From Thalassobaculaceae bacterium (GTDB taxonomy: Bacteria > Pseudomonadota > Alphaproteobacteria > Thalassobaculales > Thalassobaculaceae), in NCBI GenBank assembly GCA_965228875.1, contig OZ245843.1:1842616-1906615 (forward strand): a stretch of 64,000 nucleotides of DNA, in the 5' to 3' direction. The notes beneath the pieces were generated by a model. The model ran no database searches, was not told where the DNA came from, and worked only from the letters and a program-made list of their open reading frames with translations. Positions 39,287 through 47,626 of the stretch are shown here, in pieces; positions within the stretch are counted from its first letter, which is position 1; each line of letters opens with the position of its first letter. Position numbers and translations under genes: made by a program.

Positions 39287-39538
39287 CTAAGTATCTGACT
39301 TCAAAGTGAACTCTCCGGCACGGATACGGTCGGGCCACTCGGCCACCATATCCGCCACCATCGTAGCCCCGTAGATGTCGATCATGTCGGTCAGCGCCGC
39401 GAATATCGCCGAGGAGGCGACGATCTCCGACGACGCGCCCTGCGCCACCGCGTCGTCCCAGGCTTCCAGCATCACCTTGAGCGCAAGTCGCTTCTGCTCG
39501 TCCTCGGGCAGGATCGGCGGTTGTTGCTCGTCGCTCAT
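39287..39538 (-). CDS. Small conserved alphaproteobacterial hypothetical protein (83 aa); integration target, chimeric C-terminus
   Basis: MSDEQQPP...KRLALKVMLEAWDDA...MIDIYG...RIRAGEFTL; GGAGG RBS; last 99 bp lie within the element boundaries. Confidence 0.87.
   Translation of the reverse strand: MSDEQQPPILPEDEQKRLALKVMLEAWDDAVAQGASSEIVASSAIFAALTDMIDIYGATMVADMVAEWPDRIRAGEFTLKSDT
39372..39385 (+). repeat. att core, right copy TAGATGTCGATCAT
   Basis: Identical to 37644-37657; encodes MIDI(Y) on the minus strand. Confidence 0.9.
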
Positions 39539-39673
39539 GCTTGCCTCCACAGGGGCCGGACTCGGTACCCGGCGAGCCTTAGCGCGCCGCGGCCGCGCTG
39601 TCACCCGGAACGTGGCCGGGAGCCGTGCCGAGGACCATGGCGGAGCCGGAGCGCCCATGGCAGTGTCGGCGGC

Positions 39674-41641
39674 ATGCACGATCCGTCCCGCGACCCCCGG
39701 CTCGAGTTCCGAGACGGCGCGCCGGTCTCCACCCGGTTCGACGATGTCTACTTCTCCCGCGCGGGCGGGCTGGCGGAGTCCGCGCACGTCTTTCTCGACG
39801 GCTGCGACCTTCCCGACGGCTGGGACCGCCCGGGCGGCCTGCCGTTCACGATCGGGGAGACCGGGTTCGGCACGGGACTGAACTTCCTTGCCGCCTGGGA
39901 GGTGTGGCGCGCGCGCCGACCGGCCGGCGGAGTCCTGCATTACGTGGCGGTGGAGGGGTACCCGATCCCCCGCCCGCTGATGCGCGAGGCGCTGTCGGCG
40001 TTTCCGCGGCTCGCGCCTCTCGCCGCCCGGCTTGTCGAGCGCTATCCGGACACGCCTAGCGGCCTGCATCGGATCTGGTTCGAGCCCGATCGCGTGTGCC
40101 TGACCCTGTCCATCGGCGAAGCGGCCGCAGCCCTGGCCGCCGTCGAAGCGCGGGTCGATGCCTGGTTTCTCGACGGTTTCGCTCCCGCCAGGAACCCGGA
40201 TATGTGGCGCGGGGAGGTCCTGCGCGAGGTTGCCCGGCTGTCCGTTACGGGGACCCGGATCGCAAGCTTCACCGCCGCCGGCAGCGTGCGCCGGGGCCTC
40301 GCCGCCGTCGGCTTCGAGATCTGGAAACGTCCCGGCTTCGGACACAAGCGGGATTGCATCGCCGGCCGCTTCGCCGGGGCGTCCGGGGCGAATACGACCG
40401 TCAGTGCTGGCCAGCCCCCGTGGTTCGCCGCGCCACCGCCGGTCGCCGCCCGTCATGTCGCGGTGGTCGGAGGCGGCGTTGGGGGTGCGGCCACGGTCCG
40501 CGCGCTCGGCCGACGTGGCGTGGCGGTCACCTGGCTCGACCGGCATGGCCGCGCGGCGGCGGAGGCGTCGGGCAACCCCGTCGGCCTCATGATGGCCCGG
40601 CCCGTCCTCGATGCTGGAGGATCGGGATCGGTCAGTCCGGCCGCCTTCCGCCACGCCGTCGAGGAGGCCGCCGGGCTCGGTGTGGCGTTCGGCGGCGACG
40701 GTGTCCTGGAACTGGCGCCGGATCCGGCCTCCGAGGCCCGGTTCGCCGCCCTGGAGGAGGCCGGGCTGCTCTCACCGGTCGGCGCCGTAACCGTGGACGC
40801 CGAAACCGCCGCATCCATCGCCGGTGTCCGGCTCGGACGGCCGGGGCTGTGGCACCGTTCGGGCGGGTGGGTGAATCCCGGAGACTGGACCGCGGCCCTG
40901 GCCGGCGCCGTCCGTCCGATGCGGGCAGTGGTGGGGCGCATCGCCGCCGACGGCAGCGGCTGGACCCTGCTCGACGCCTGCGGCGGTGTCCTGGTGACAG
41001 CGGACGCGGTGGTCGTGGCGTCGGCGATGACCGCCCCGAGACTTCTGGACCGCGCGTTCCTTCCGCTGCAGGCCGTGCGCGGACAGCTCACGCGCCTTGC
41101 CACCACCGCCGCCAGCCGCCGCATCCGGGCCTGTCTCGCCTTCGGGGGATATCTGTCGCCGGCGATCTCGGGCAGCCACGTCGCCGGCGCGACCTACGGT
41201 TTCGACGACACGGCGGCGGGAGTCTGGCCGGTTCCCGTCCGGTCCGAGGACCATGCGCGCGTTCTGAACGGGTTCCCGGACGCGGTCTCGACGCTGTTCG
41301 GAACGGCCCCGTCGCTTCTCGGCGGACGGGCCGCCGTGCGGGCCGTGACACCCGACCGCCAGCCGGCCGCCGGTCCGCTCTGCGACGCCGCCGCCCTCGC
41401 GATGGACTTCGCCCACCTGCGCAAGGACGCCCGTGACGAGTCCGGCTCCTCGCCACCGTACAGTCCCGGCCTCTTCGCGCTCACCGGCCTCGGGTCGCGC
41501 GGGCTGGTGACGGCCCCGCTGATGGCGGAACTCGCCGTATCGCAGATGCTCGGCGAGCCATGGCCCGTCGCCCGATCCGTGGCGGCGGCGGTCCATCCGA
41601 ACCGGTTCGCGATCCGCGCGCTCAAGCGACGCCGGCTGTAG
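39674..41641 (+). CDS. mnmC: Bifunctional tRNA mnm5s2U34 biosynthesis protein MnmC
   Basis: FDDVYFS, ETGFGTGLNF, WFLDGFAPARNPDMW, GFGHKR; FAD domain GGGVGG, ASGN, GLGSRG. Confidence 0.93.
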   Translation: MHDPSRDPRLEFRDGAPVSTRFDDVYFSRAGGLAESAHVFLDGCDLPDGWDRPGGLPFTIGETGFGTGLNFLAAWEVWRARRPAGGVLHYVAVEGYPIPRPLMREALSAFPRLAPLAARLVERYPDTPSGLHRIWFEPDRVCLTLSIGEAAAALAAVEARVDAWFLDGFAPARNPDMWRGEVLREVARLSVTGTRIASFTAAGSVRRGLAAVGFEIWKRPGFGHKRDCIAGRFAGASGANTTVSAGQPPWFAAPPPVAARHVAVVGGGVGGAATVRALGRRGVAVTWLDRHGRAAAEASGNPVGLMMARPVLDAGGSGSVSPAAFRHAVEEAAGLGVAFGGDGVLELAPDPASEARFAALEEAGLLSPVGAVTVDAETAASIAGVRLGRPGLWHRSGGWVNPGDWTAALAGAVRPMRAVVGRIAADGSGWTLLDACGGVLVTADAVVVASAMTAPRLLDRAFLPLQAVRGQLTRLATTAASRRIRACLAFGGYLSPAISGSHVAGATYGFDDTAAGVWPVPVRSEDHARVLNGFPDAVSTLFGTAPSLLGGRAAVRAVTPDRQPAAGPLCDAAALAMDFAHLRKDARDESGSSPPYSPGLFALTGLGSRGLVTAPLMAELAVSQMLGEPWPVARSVAAAVHPNRFAIRALKRRRL

Positions 41642-41786
41642 CTGCCAGGCACGGTCTGGTTCTCGGAATGTAGAAGGATCGCCCCCTCGGCCTTTCGAGC
41701 GCGGCATCCCGGTGCGATGGTAGGGTCCTGTTTGCACCGCCGGGCGCGTCCCGCCCGGTTTCCGCCCGCACACTTCGGAGGATCGC

Positions 41787-42176
41787 TTGGACCCCTATAC
41801 CATCCAGCAACAGGTGACGTTCATCTACACCCGCGATCTGGCGGCGGGGTCGTCCTTCCTGCGCGATAAGCTCGCCCTGGACCTCGTCCTGAACCAGAAC
41901 GACCTCTGCCACATCTACCGTGTCGCGCCCAACGCATTCCTCGGTGTGTGCACCAACAGGCCGGCGCCGGCGGATCCCGGCGTGACCTACAGCTTCGTCG
42001 TTTCCGATGCCGACGCGGCCTACAGGACGCTGAGGGCACGGGGAGTCGAGTTCGAGGGACCGCCGGAGCTGAGCGAACGCTTCAACGTCTACTCGGCGTT
42101 CTTCCGCGGGATCGAGACCTATCGGTTCGAGATCCAGGAATTCCGCGATCCGAGCTGGCCTTCGCCGGTCGGCTGA
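41787..42176 (+). CDS. VOC/glyoxalase family protein
   Basis: Beta-alpha-beta pattern, RGVEF, YSAFFRG..YRFEIQ; TTG start after GGAGG. Confidence 0.8.
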   Translation: MDPYTIQQQVTFIYTRDLAAGSSFLRDKLALDLVLNQNDLCHIYRVAPNAFLGVCTNRPAPADPGVTYSFVVSDADAAYRTLRARGVEFEGPPELSERFNVYSAFFRGIETYRFEIQEFRDPSWPSPVG

Positions 42177-42186
42177 GCGCGAGAGG

Positions 42187-42690
42187 TCAGGCCGCGAGCG
42201 CCTCATCGGGCCGCGGCCGCGGGTCGGGCCGGGGAAGAACCGCCACCAGCAGCCCGACGATCCGGTCGCCCGACGCGTCGCGGAACGGCAGGACGAGGCG
42301 GTCGAACGTCGCGATCCAACCACCCTCGACGAGATGCATCTCGCTATGGTGCGGGCTCCCGCCGGTGAGTGCCGTTCGGCAGGCGCTCTCGGCGATCCCA
42401 CGCAGACCGCGTGGCATCTCGTCGAGGTACTGACCTTCTGGGCTCTCACCGAAGAGTTTCGCCAGAGTCCGTCCGACCTGTTGCCACCGCATACGGCCGG
42501 TCTCCGCCTCGACGTCGACCCAGGCCAGGTCGCCGGCTGCAGGGGGCCCGACGTCAGAGTCGGCGGCTGACGACTCCACGAGGGGATCGACAGCCGGCGT
42601 TCTCCGGCGAACACCATCGTCCTGCCAGGCCGACAGCAGATCTTTGAGGTCGTGTCCCATCGGGGCGGGAGCGTTGCGCGTCATGGCCAT
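42187..42690 (-). CDS. Stand-alone PAS-domain protein (PAS_5-like, divergent)
   Basis: QVGRTL...FGESPEGQYLDE, FDRLVLPF. Confidence 0.65.
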   Translation of the reverse strand: MAMTRNAPAPMGHDLKDLLSAWQDDGVRRRTPAVDPLVESSAADSDVGPPAAGDLAWVDVEAETGRMRWQQVGRTLAKLFGESPEGQYLDEMPRGLRGIAESACRTALTGGSPHHSEMHLVEGGWIATFDRLVLPFRDASGDRIVGLLVAVLPRPDPRPRPDEALAA

Positions 42691-42787
42691 GTCGTCTCTG
42701 GTGTCTTCGTCCTCGACACACTGCCACGGGAGTTCCTAATCTTAAGTTGACGCGACGTTCCCGCCAGTTCTCGAGGATACCCAAGAC

Positions 42788-44185
42788 ATGACCAGCACCG
42801 ACCTCGCCCTGCTTCCGGCGACGGAACTCCTGCACGGGTACGCCCGAAAGACGATTTCCCCGGTGGAAGCGACCCGGGCGGCGCTGGACCGCATCGACGC
42901 CCTGAACGGCAAGCTCAATGCCTATCGACTGGTGGATCACGACGCCGCGCTGTCGAGCGCGAAGGCATCGGAGGCGCGCTGGGCGAAGGGGGAGCCGCTC
43001 GGCCTGGTCGACGGCGTGCCGACGTCGATCAAGGACCTCTCGCTGACCGAGGGATGGTCGACGATGCGTGGCTCCAAGGCGGTCGACCCGGACGGCCCCT
43101 GGGACGTGGACGCGCCTTTCGTCGCCCGTCTGCGCGAGCATGGGGCGGTTCTGCTCGGCAAGACGACGACACCCGAGTTCGGATGGAAGGGCGTGACGGA
43201 CTGTCCGCTCACCGGCATCACCCGCAACCCCTGGGACCCGTCCAAGACCCCCGGGGGAAGTTCCGGCGGTGCGGCCGTCGCGGCGGCGACCGGCATGGGA
43301 GCACTGCACCAGGGATCCGACGGCGGCGGCTCGATCCGCATGCCGGCGGGATACACCGGGATCTACGGGATCAAGCCCACCTTCGGGCGCGTCCCGGCCT
43401 TCCCGCTCTCGCCCTTCGGCACCGTCTCCCATATCGGACCGATGACCCGGACGGTCGCCGACTCGGCCCTGATGCTGACGGTCATGAGCGAGCCTGACGC
43501 CCGCGACTGGTACGCTCTTCCCTACGACGCCGCCGATTACCGCAATGCCCTGCGGCCCTCGGTCGCCGGCTGGCGGATCGCCTACAGCCCCGACCTCGGC
43601 CACGCGACGGTTCAACCCGAAGTCGCGGCCCTGGTCGAAGCGGCCGTCGCCGTGTTCCGCGAGCTGGGCGCCATCGTCGAGGTGGTCGACAGCCCGATTG
43701 CTGACAGCCACGACACGTTCACCGCCCACTGGTTCACCGGGGCCGCCAACCTGTTCACCGGATTCTCGGAAGAGCAGAAGGCGGTCATCGACCCCGGTCT
43801 CGTCGAGGCGGCGGAGGCCGGCGCGCGCTATTCGTTGCTGGACTATCTCGCCGCGGTCAAGGCGCGCGAGGCGATGGGGACGGCGATGAACGAGTTCCAC
43901 GAGACCTACGATCTGCTGCTCACGCCGACCCTGCCTCAGCCCGCCTTCGAGGCGGGTCACGAGGTGCCGCCGGGCTCGAACATGCGGCGCTGGACCGAGT
44001 GGACGCCCTTCTCCTACCCGTTCAACCTCACCCAGCAGCCCGCCGCCTCGATCCCGTGCGGCCTGACCGCCGCCGGCCTTCCCGTGGGGCTGCAGATCGT
44101 CGGTCCCAAGGGCGGAGACGATATGGTCCTGAACGCGTCCGCCGCGTTTGAGAGCGTGATGCCGATCGCCCTGCCGGACGTTTGA
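42788..44185 (+). CDS. Amidase (amidase-signature family)
   Basis: GVPTSIKD, GKTTTPEFG, PGGSSGG, GSDGGGSIRMPA. Confidence 0.94.
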   Translation: MTSTDLALLPATELLHGYARKTISPVEATRAALDRIDALNGKLNAYRLVDHDAALSSAKASEARWAKGEPLGLVDGVPTSIKDLSLTEGWSTMRGSKAVDPDGPWDVDAPFVARLREHGAVLLGKTTTPEFGWKGVTDCPLTGITRNPWDPSKTPGGSSGGAAVAAATGMGALHQGSDGGGSIRMPAGYTGIYGIKPTFGRVPAFPLSPFGTVSHIGPMTRTVADSALMLTVMSEPDARDWYALPYDAADYRNALRPSVAGWRIAYSPDLGHATVQPEVAALVEAAVAVFRELGAIVEVVDSPIADSHDTFTAHWFTGAANLFTGFSEEQKAVIDPGLVEAAEAGARYSLLDYLAAVKAREAMGTAMNEFHETYDLLLTPTLPQPAFEAGHEVPPGSNMRRWTEWTPFSYPFNLTQQPAASIPCGLTAAGLPVGLQIVGPKGGDDMVLNASAAFESVMPIALPDV

Positions 44186-44371
44186 ACCGGCAGGTCCGCA
44201 GTCAGCGTCCAGCGGTCAGCATCCACGCCTCGATTGCGGACCATATACGCCTGACAGCCGCACCAAATTCATGATAATATTGAATTTAAATGAACGAAAC
44301 CTCTAGCGGGGGTTGAGCTCGCGACCATCGATTCTGAGTAACTGTTGGCCGATGGGCATCGACAGGGCCGA

Positions 44372-46216
44372 ATGTGGATCGACTTCACACTGCTGTTCCT
44401 GCTGCTGAACAACATCTCGATCTTTGTCGTGATGGTCGTCGGCTACTCATTTCTCATCGATTGGCTGAGAGGCGCCGAGCCGATCGCGCGAAGCGCCTGC
44501 CTCGGACTGTTCTTCGGCCTGATCGTCTTCATCTCGATGCAGGTCAAGATTCCGGCGGCGGACGGCGTCGTCATCGACCAGCGCAACGCCATCGTGGTGT
44601 TGAGCGGCGCGTTCGGCGGGCCGATCTGCGCCATCGTCACCGGGCTGCTCGCCTCCGCGTTCCGCGCCTATATCGGCGGGATCGGGACGGTCGCGGGGAT
44701 CTTCGGAGTCTGTCTGTCGGTCCTCGCCGGGATTGCCCTCCACCGGTTCGGCTGGCATCGCCGAGGCGCCTTGAACCTGGCCGCCGCCGCCGCTCTCGCG
44801 GTGGTCTTCACGGCCCCCGGCTTCCTCCTAGTCGGCGACCTGCAGACCGGTTGGGAGTTGCTCAAGCGCATGGCGGTGCCGTGGGGGACCGCCATCTTCG
44901 TCGGTATCTTCCTCGGCGGCCTGTTGCTCCAGCGCGAGGATCGCCGCCAGAAGATCGAGCTCGACAAGCAGCGCACCGAGGACCAGTACCGCGCGCTCTT
45001 CATGAGTTCCGAGGTGCCGATCTGGAACCAGGACTACTCCCGTATCCACGACCGGCTGCAGCAACTTCGCGCCATCGGGGTGACCGATCTACGCGCGTAT
45101 GTCGATCGCAATCCGGATCTTCTCGACGAGCTTGCCGCTCTGTCGCGGATCACTCTGGTGAATGACGCGACCCTGCGGCTCTACGGTCTCGACTCGACCG
45201 CGGAATTCATCGCCTCGCAGTCCCGTCTGATGAGGTGCGCCGAGTCTTCGGTCTTCGCCGACCAGATGTACGCCATCTGGAACGGGGATCAGGCCTTCAG
45301 GTCCGAGGACACGCACAGCACACACGACGGGCGCGAGCTGACGGTGATCCTGTCGATGCCGATCCCCTCGCGCGCCGAGGACTTCGCCAGCATTCCGGTC
45401 AGCGTTCTCGACATTTCAGACCGCAAGAAGGCCGAACGCGCCCGCGACGACGCGGTCGAACAGGCGACCCGTGCCAACCAGGCCAAGTCAGACTTTCTCG
45501 CCGCCATGAGTCACGAGTTGCGCACCCCGTTGAACGCGGTGCTCGGCTTCTCCGAGATCCTGACCAGCGAGACGTTCGGCCCGCTCGGCAACGACCGGTA
45601 TGTCGAGTATGCCCGCCACATCCACTCGAGCGGCGGCATGCTGCTCGACCTCGTCAACGACCTGCTGGATATCTCAACCATCGAGGCCGGACGACGGGAC
45701 CTCGAGATCGCTCCGGTCGCCGTACAGGATCTGGTCGCAGACTCCCTCTCCGTCGTCGACCAACGCGCCCGCAGTGTCGGCATCGAGATCCGGACCCACT
45801 TGCCGGACATACCCCTGATCCTTCATGTCGACAGGCGCGCCATCCAGCAGGTCCTGATCAACCTGCTGACCAACTCGGTCAAGTATACCGATGCCGGCGG
45901 TACGTTGACGATCAGGTCGGGCGGCGATGGTGCCGTCACCGACATCATCGTTTCCGACACTGGTGTCGGCATCCCGCGAGACCGGCTCGAAGAGGTGATG
46001 AACCCCTTCGTGCGTGGCGAACGGGACCCCCACAAGGCTCAAGGCGGCTGGGGTCTCGGGCTGTCCATCGCCCGATCGCTGGTCGAAATGCATGGCGGGA
46101 CGCTGATCATCGACAGCGCGGTCGGCCGGGGCACGTCGGTTACGGTCCGCCTGCCTGGGGGTGCCGGCATGCAGACGCCTGTCCCGACTGACATGTCACT
46201 GACGGCCGCACGCTGA
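44372..46216 (+). CDS. Sensor histidine kinase with 5TM-5TMR_LYT and PAS domains
   Basis: GVVIDQR...GAFGGP...RAYIGG TM module; SHELRTPLN, NLLTNSVKY, DTGVG, GWGLGL. Confidence 0.9.
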   Translation: MWIDFTLLFLLLNNISIFVVMVVGYSFLIDWLRGAEPIARSACLGLFFGLIVFISMQVKIPAADGVVIDQRNAIVVLSGAFGGPICAIVTGLLASAFRAYIGGIGTVAGIFGVCLSVLAGIALHRFGWHRRGALNLAAAAALAVVFTAPGFLLVGDLQTGWELLKRMAVPWGTAIFVGIFLGGLLLQREDRRQKIELDKQRTEDQYRALFMSSEVPIWNQDYSRIHDRLQQLRAIGVTDLRAYVDRNPDLLDELAALSRITLVNDATLRLYGLDSTAEFIASQSRLMRCAESSVFADQMYAIWNGDQAFRSEDTHSTHDGRELTVILSMPIPSRAEDFASIPVSVLDISDRKKAERARDDAVEQATRANQAKSDFLAAMSHELRTPLNAVLGFSEILTSETFGPLGNDRYVEYARHIHSSGGMLLDLVNDLLDISTIEAGRRDLEIAPVAVQDLVADSLSVVDQRARSVGIEIRTHLPDIPLILHVDRRAIQQVLINLLTNSVKYTDAGGTLTIRSGGDGAVTDIIVSDTGVGIPRDRLEEVMNPFVRGERDPHKAQGGWGLGLSIARSLVEMHGGTLIIDSAVGRGTSVTVRLPGGAGMQTPVPTDMSLTAAR

Positions 46217-46320
46217 AGCACGGTCGGCCCGGATCCAGTAGATCGGTCCCACTGTCCCCCTAAGATATTGAAACAAATACTGACTCACTGGGCCGGCGCT
46301 TGGCGGATGACCATGTCATG

Positions 46321-46956
46321 TCACTCAAGAGACCGACTCCGTCGATCTCGGGCCAGGGCGGCGCGCACCGCGGCGCTGACCTCGCTGGCGCGGACGATGC
46401 CGTCCGGGTCGAACGCCAAGCCGGCCTCGGCGAAGGCACGGGCCACCCAGGTGTTGCAGGTGTTGGCGAGGGAGAAGGTGCCGACCGCGTCGTAGAACCG
46501 GCTCCGCGGGTACAGGCCCTGCCCGAGCGGCGGCGTCCGTCCTCCGGCCGGCCGGGCGAAGCTGGCGGCGATGAACGCCATGAGCCGGTCGAACCCGGCG
46601 CCGCCGAGCGGAACGGCCACGGTTTCCGCATCGGGGAGGTAGCGGTCGGGCTCGGCCGGCATGCCGACAAGGTGCATGACGGCCGGCGTGTCGACGAACA
46701 GGGCGCTGAAGTAGGTCGCGAGCGCCGGGTCGGGGTCCCGATAGAAGGCGGCATCTCCCCAGCCGAACTCGATCCATCGCGCTCCCGTCAGATCGCCGAT
46801 CTCGGGAAGGAGGACGGGATCGATCCGTTCGACCGGCACGGCGATGCCCGTGTGCCATCCGATATTGACCAGATGGACGACCACCTCCCGGGCCCGCACT
46901 TCACCGGTCGTCGCCGCGAGCGTCAGCGCGACCCAAAGGATGAGGATCCTGGCCAT
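46321..46956 (-). CDS. DUF2459-like exported protein
   Basis: Signal peptide, GWHTGI, FGWGD..FY, TCNTW. Confidence 0.8.
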   Translation of the reverse strand: MARILILWVALTLAATTGEVRAREVVVHLVNIGWHTGIAVPVERIDPVLLPEIGDLTGARWIEFGWGDAAFYRDPDPALATYFSALFVDTPAVMHLVGMPAEPDRYLPDAETVAVPLGGAGFDRLMAFIAASFARPAGGRTPPLGQGLYPRSRFYDAVGTFSLANTCNTWVARAFAEAGLAFDPDGIVRASEVSAAVRAALARDRRSRSLE

Positions 46957-47041
46957 CCTCGCTCGCCCCTCCCGTTTGCGACCGCCCGCCGGCTAAGGTC
47001 TCAGGCTAGAATGCCCGGCGAAAGAGGCGAAGCCGAGGCGG

Positions 47042-47596
47042 ATGATGAGCTGCACAGTCGTACTGCTGAACGGTCCGGGCAGCGCCGGGAAGACTTCGAT
47101 CGCCCGCGCGTTGCAGGTCGCGGCGTCCCGACCGTTCCTGCATGTGTCGATGGACGCCTTCCTCGACATGTTGCCCGGCGGCTACGACGATCATCCGGAC
47201 GGGCTCCGTTTCCGGACCGTCAGCGGCGACGGGCCGACCGAGATGGCGATCGAGACCGGCCCCGTGGCCAACCGGCTGCTCGCCGGCATGCGCGCCAGCG
47301 TCGCCGCACTGGCCGATGCTGGCAACGATCTGGTCGTGGACGAGGTCCTTCTCGACGACGGGATGGCCGACTACGAGCGCCGGCTCGCCGGCCACCGGCT
47401 GATCCGGGTCGCCGTCACCGCGCCCCTGGCCGTTCTGGAAGCGAGGGAACGGACGCGCGGCGACCGTCTCATCGGGCTCGCCCGCTGGCAGGTCGGCCGG
47501 GTTCATGCGGGAAAATCCTACGACCTGCGCGTCGACACCGCTGCCGGCACCGCCGAGGAATGCGCCCGCCGGATCGTGGCGGCGTTCGGATTGTAG
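47042..47596 (+). CDS. Chloramphenicol phosphotransferase-like P-loop kinase
   Basis: LNGPGSAGKTS, LVVDEV, RERTRGDR..GLA, YDLRVDT. Confidence 0.88.
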   Translation: MMSCTVVLLNGPGSAGKTSIARALQVAASRPFLHVSMDAFLDMLPGGYDDHPDGLRFRTVSGDGPTEMAIETGPVANRLLAGMRASVAALADAGNDLVVDEVLLDDGMADYERRLAGHRLIRVAVTAPLAVLEARERTRGDRLIGLARWQVGRVHAGKSYDLRVDTAAGTAEECARRIVAAFGL

Positions 47597-47626
47597 GGTC
47601 CCCCGCTCCCCGCCGCCGGACGGGGC

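Larger units (their letters stand above)
37644..39385. mobile_element. Minimal integrative element (XRE-HTH + tyrosine integrase) inserted in a protein-coding gene
   Basis: Bounded by 14-bp direct repeats; integrase adjacent to the right att; carries replacement 3' end of target; left part visibly AT-richer than flanks. Confidence 0.9.

Noticed and set aside
39287..40654. 455-aa minus-strand ORF in the track
   Set aside because: Only the last 83 codons (from ATG 39538 with GGAGG RBS) look real; the rest is antisense shadow of mnmC.
47042..47596. Antibiotic-resistance island (CPT-like kinase, with chrA and SMR elsewhere in the window)
   Set aside because: Genes are scattered, have host-like composition and no mobile context; these families are common chromosomal genes.
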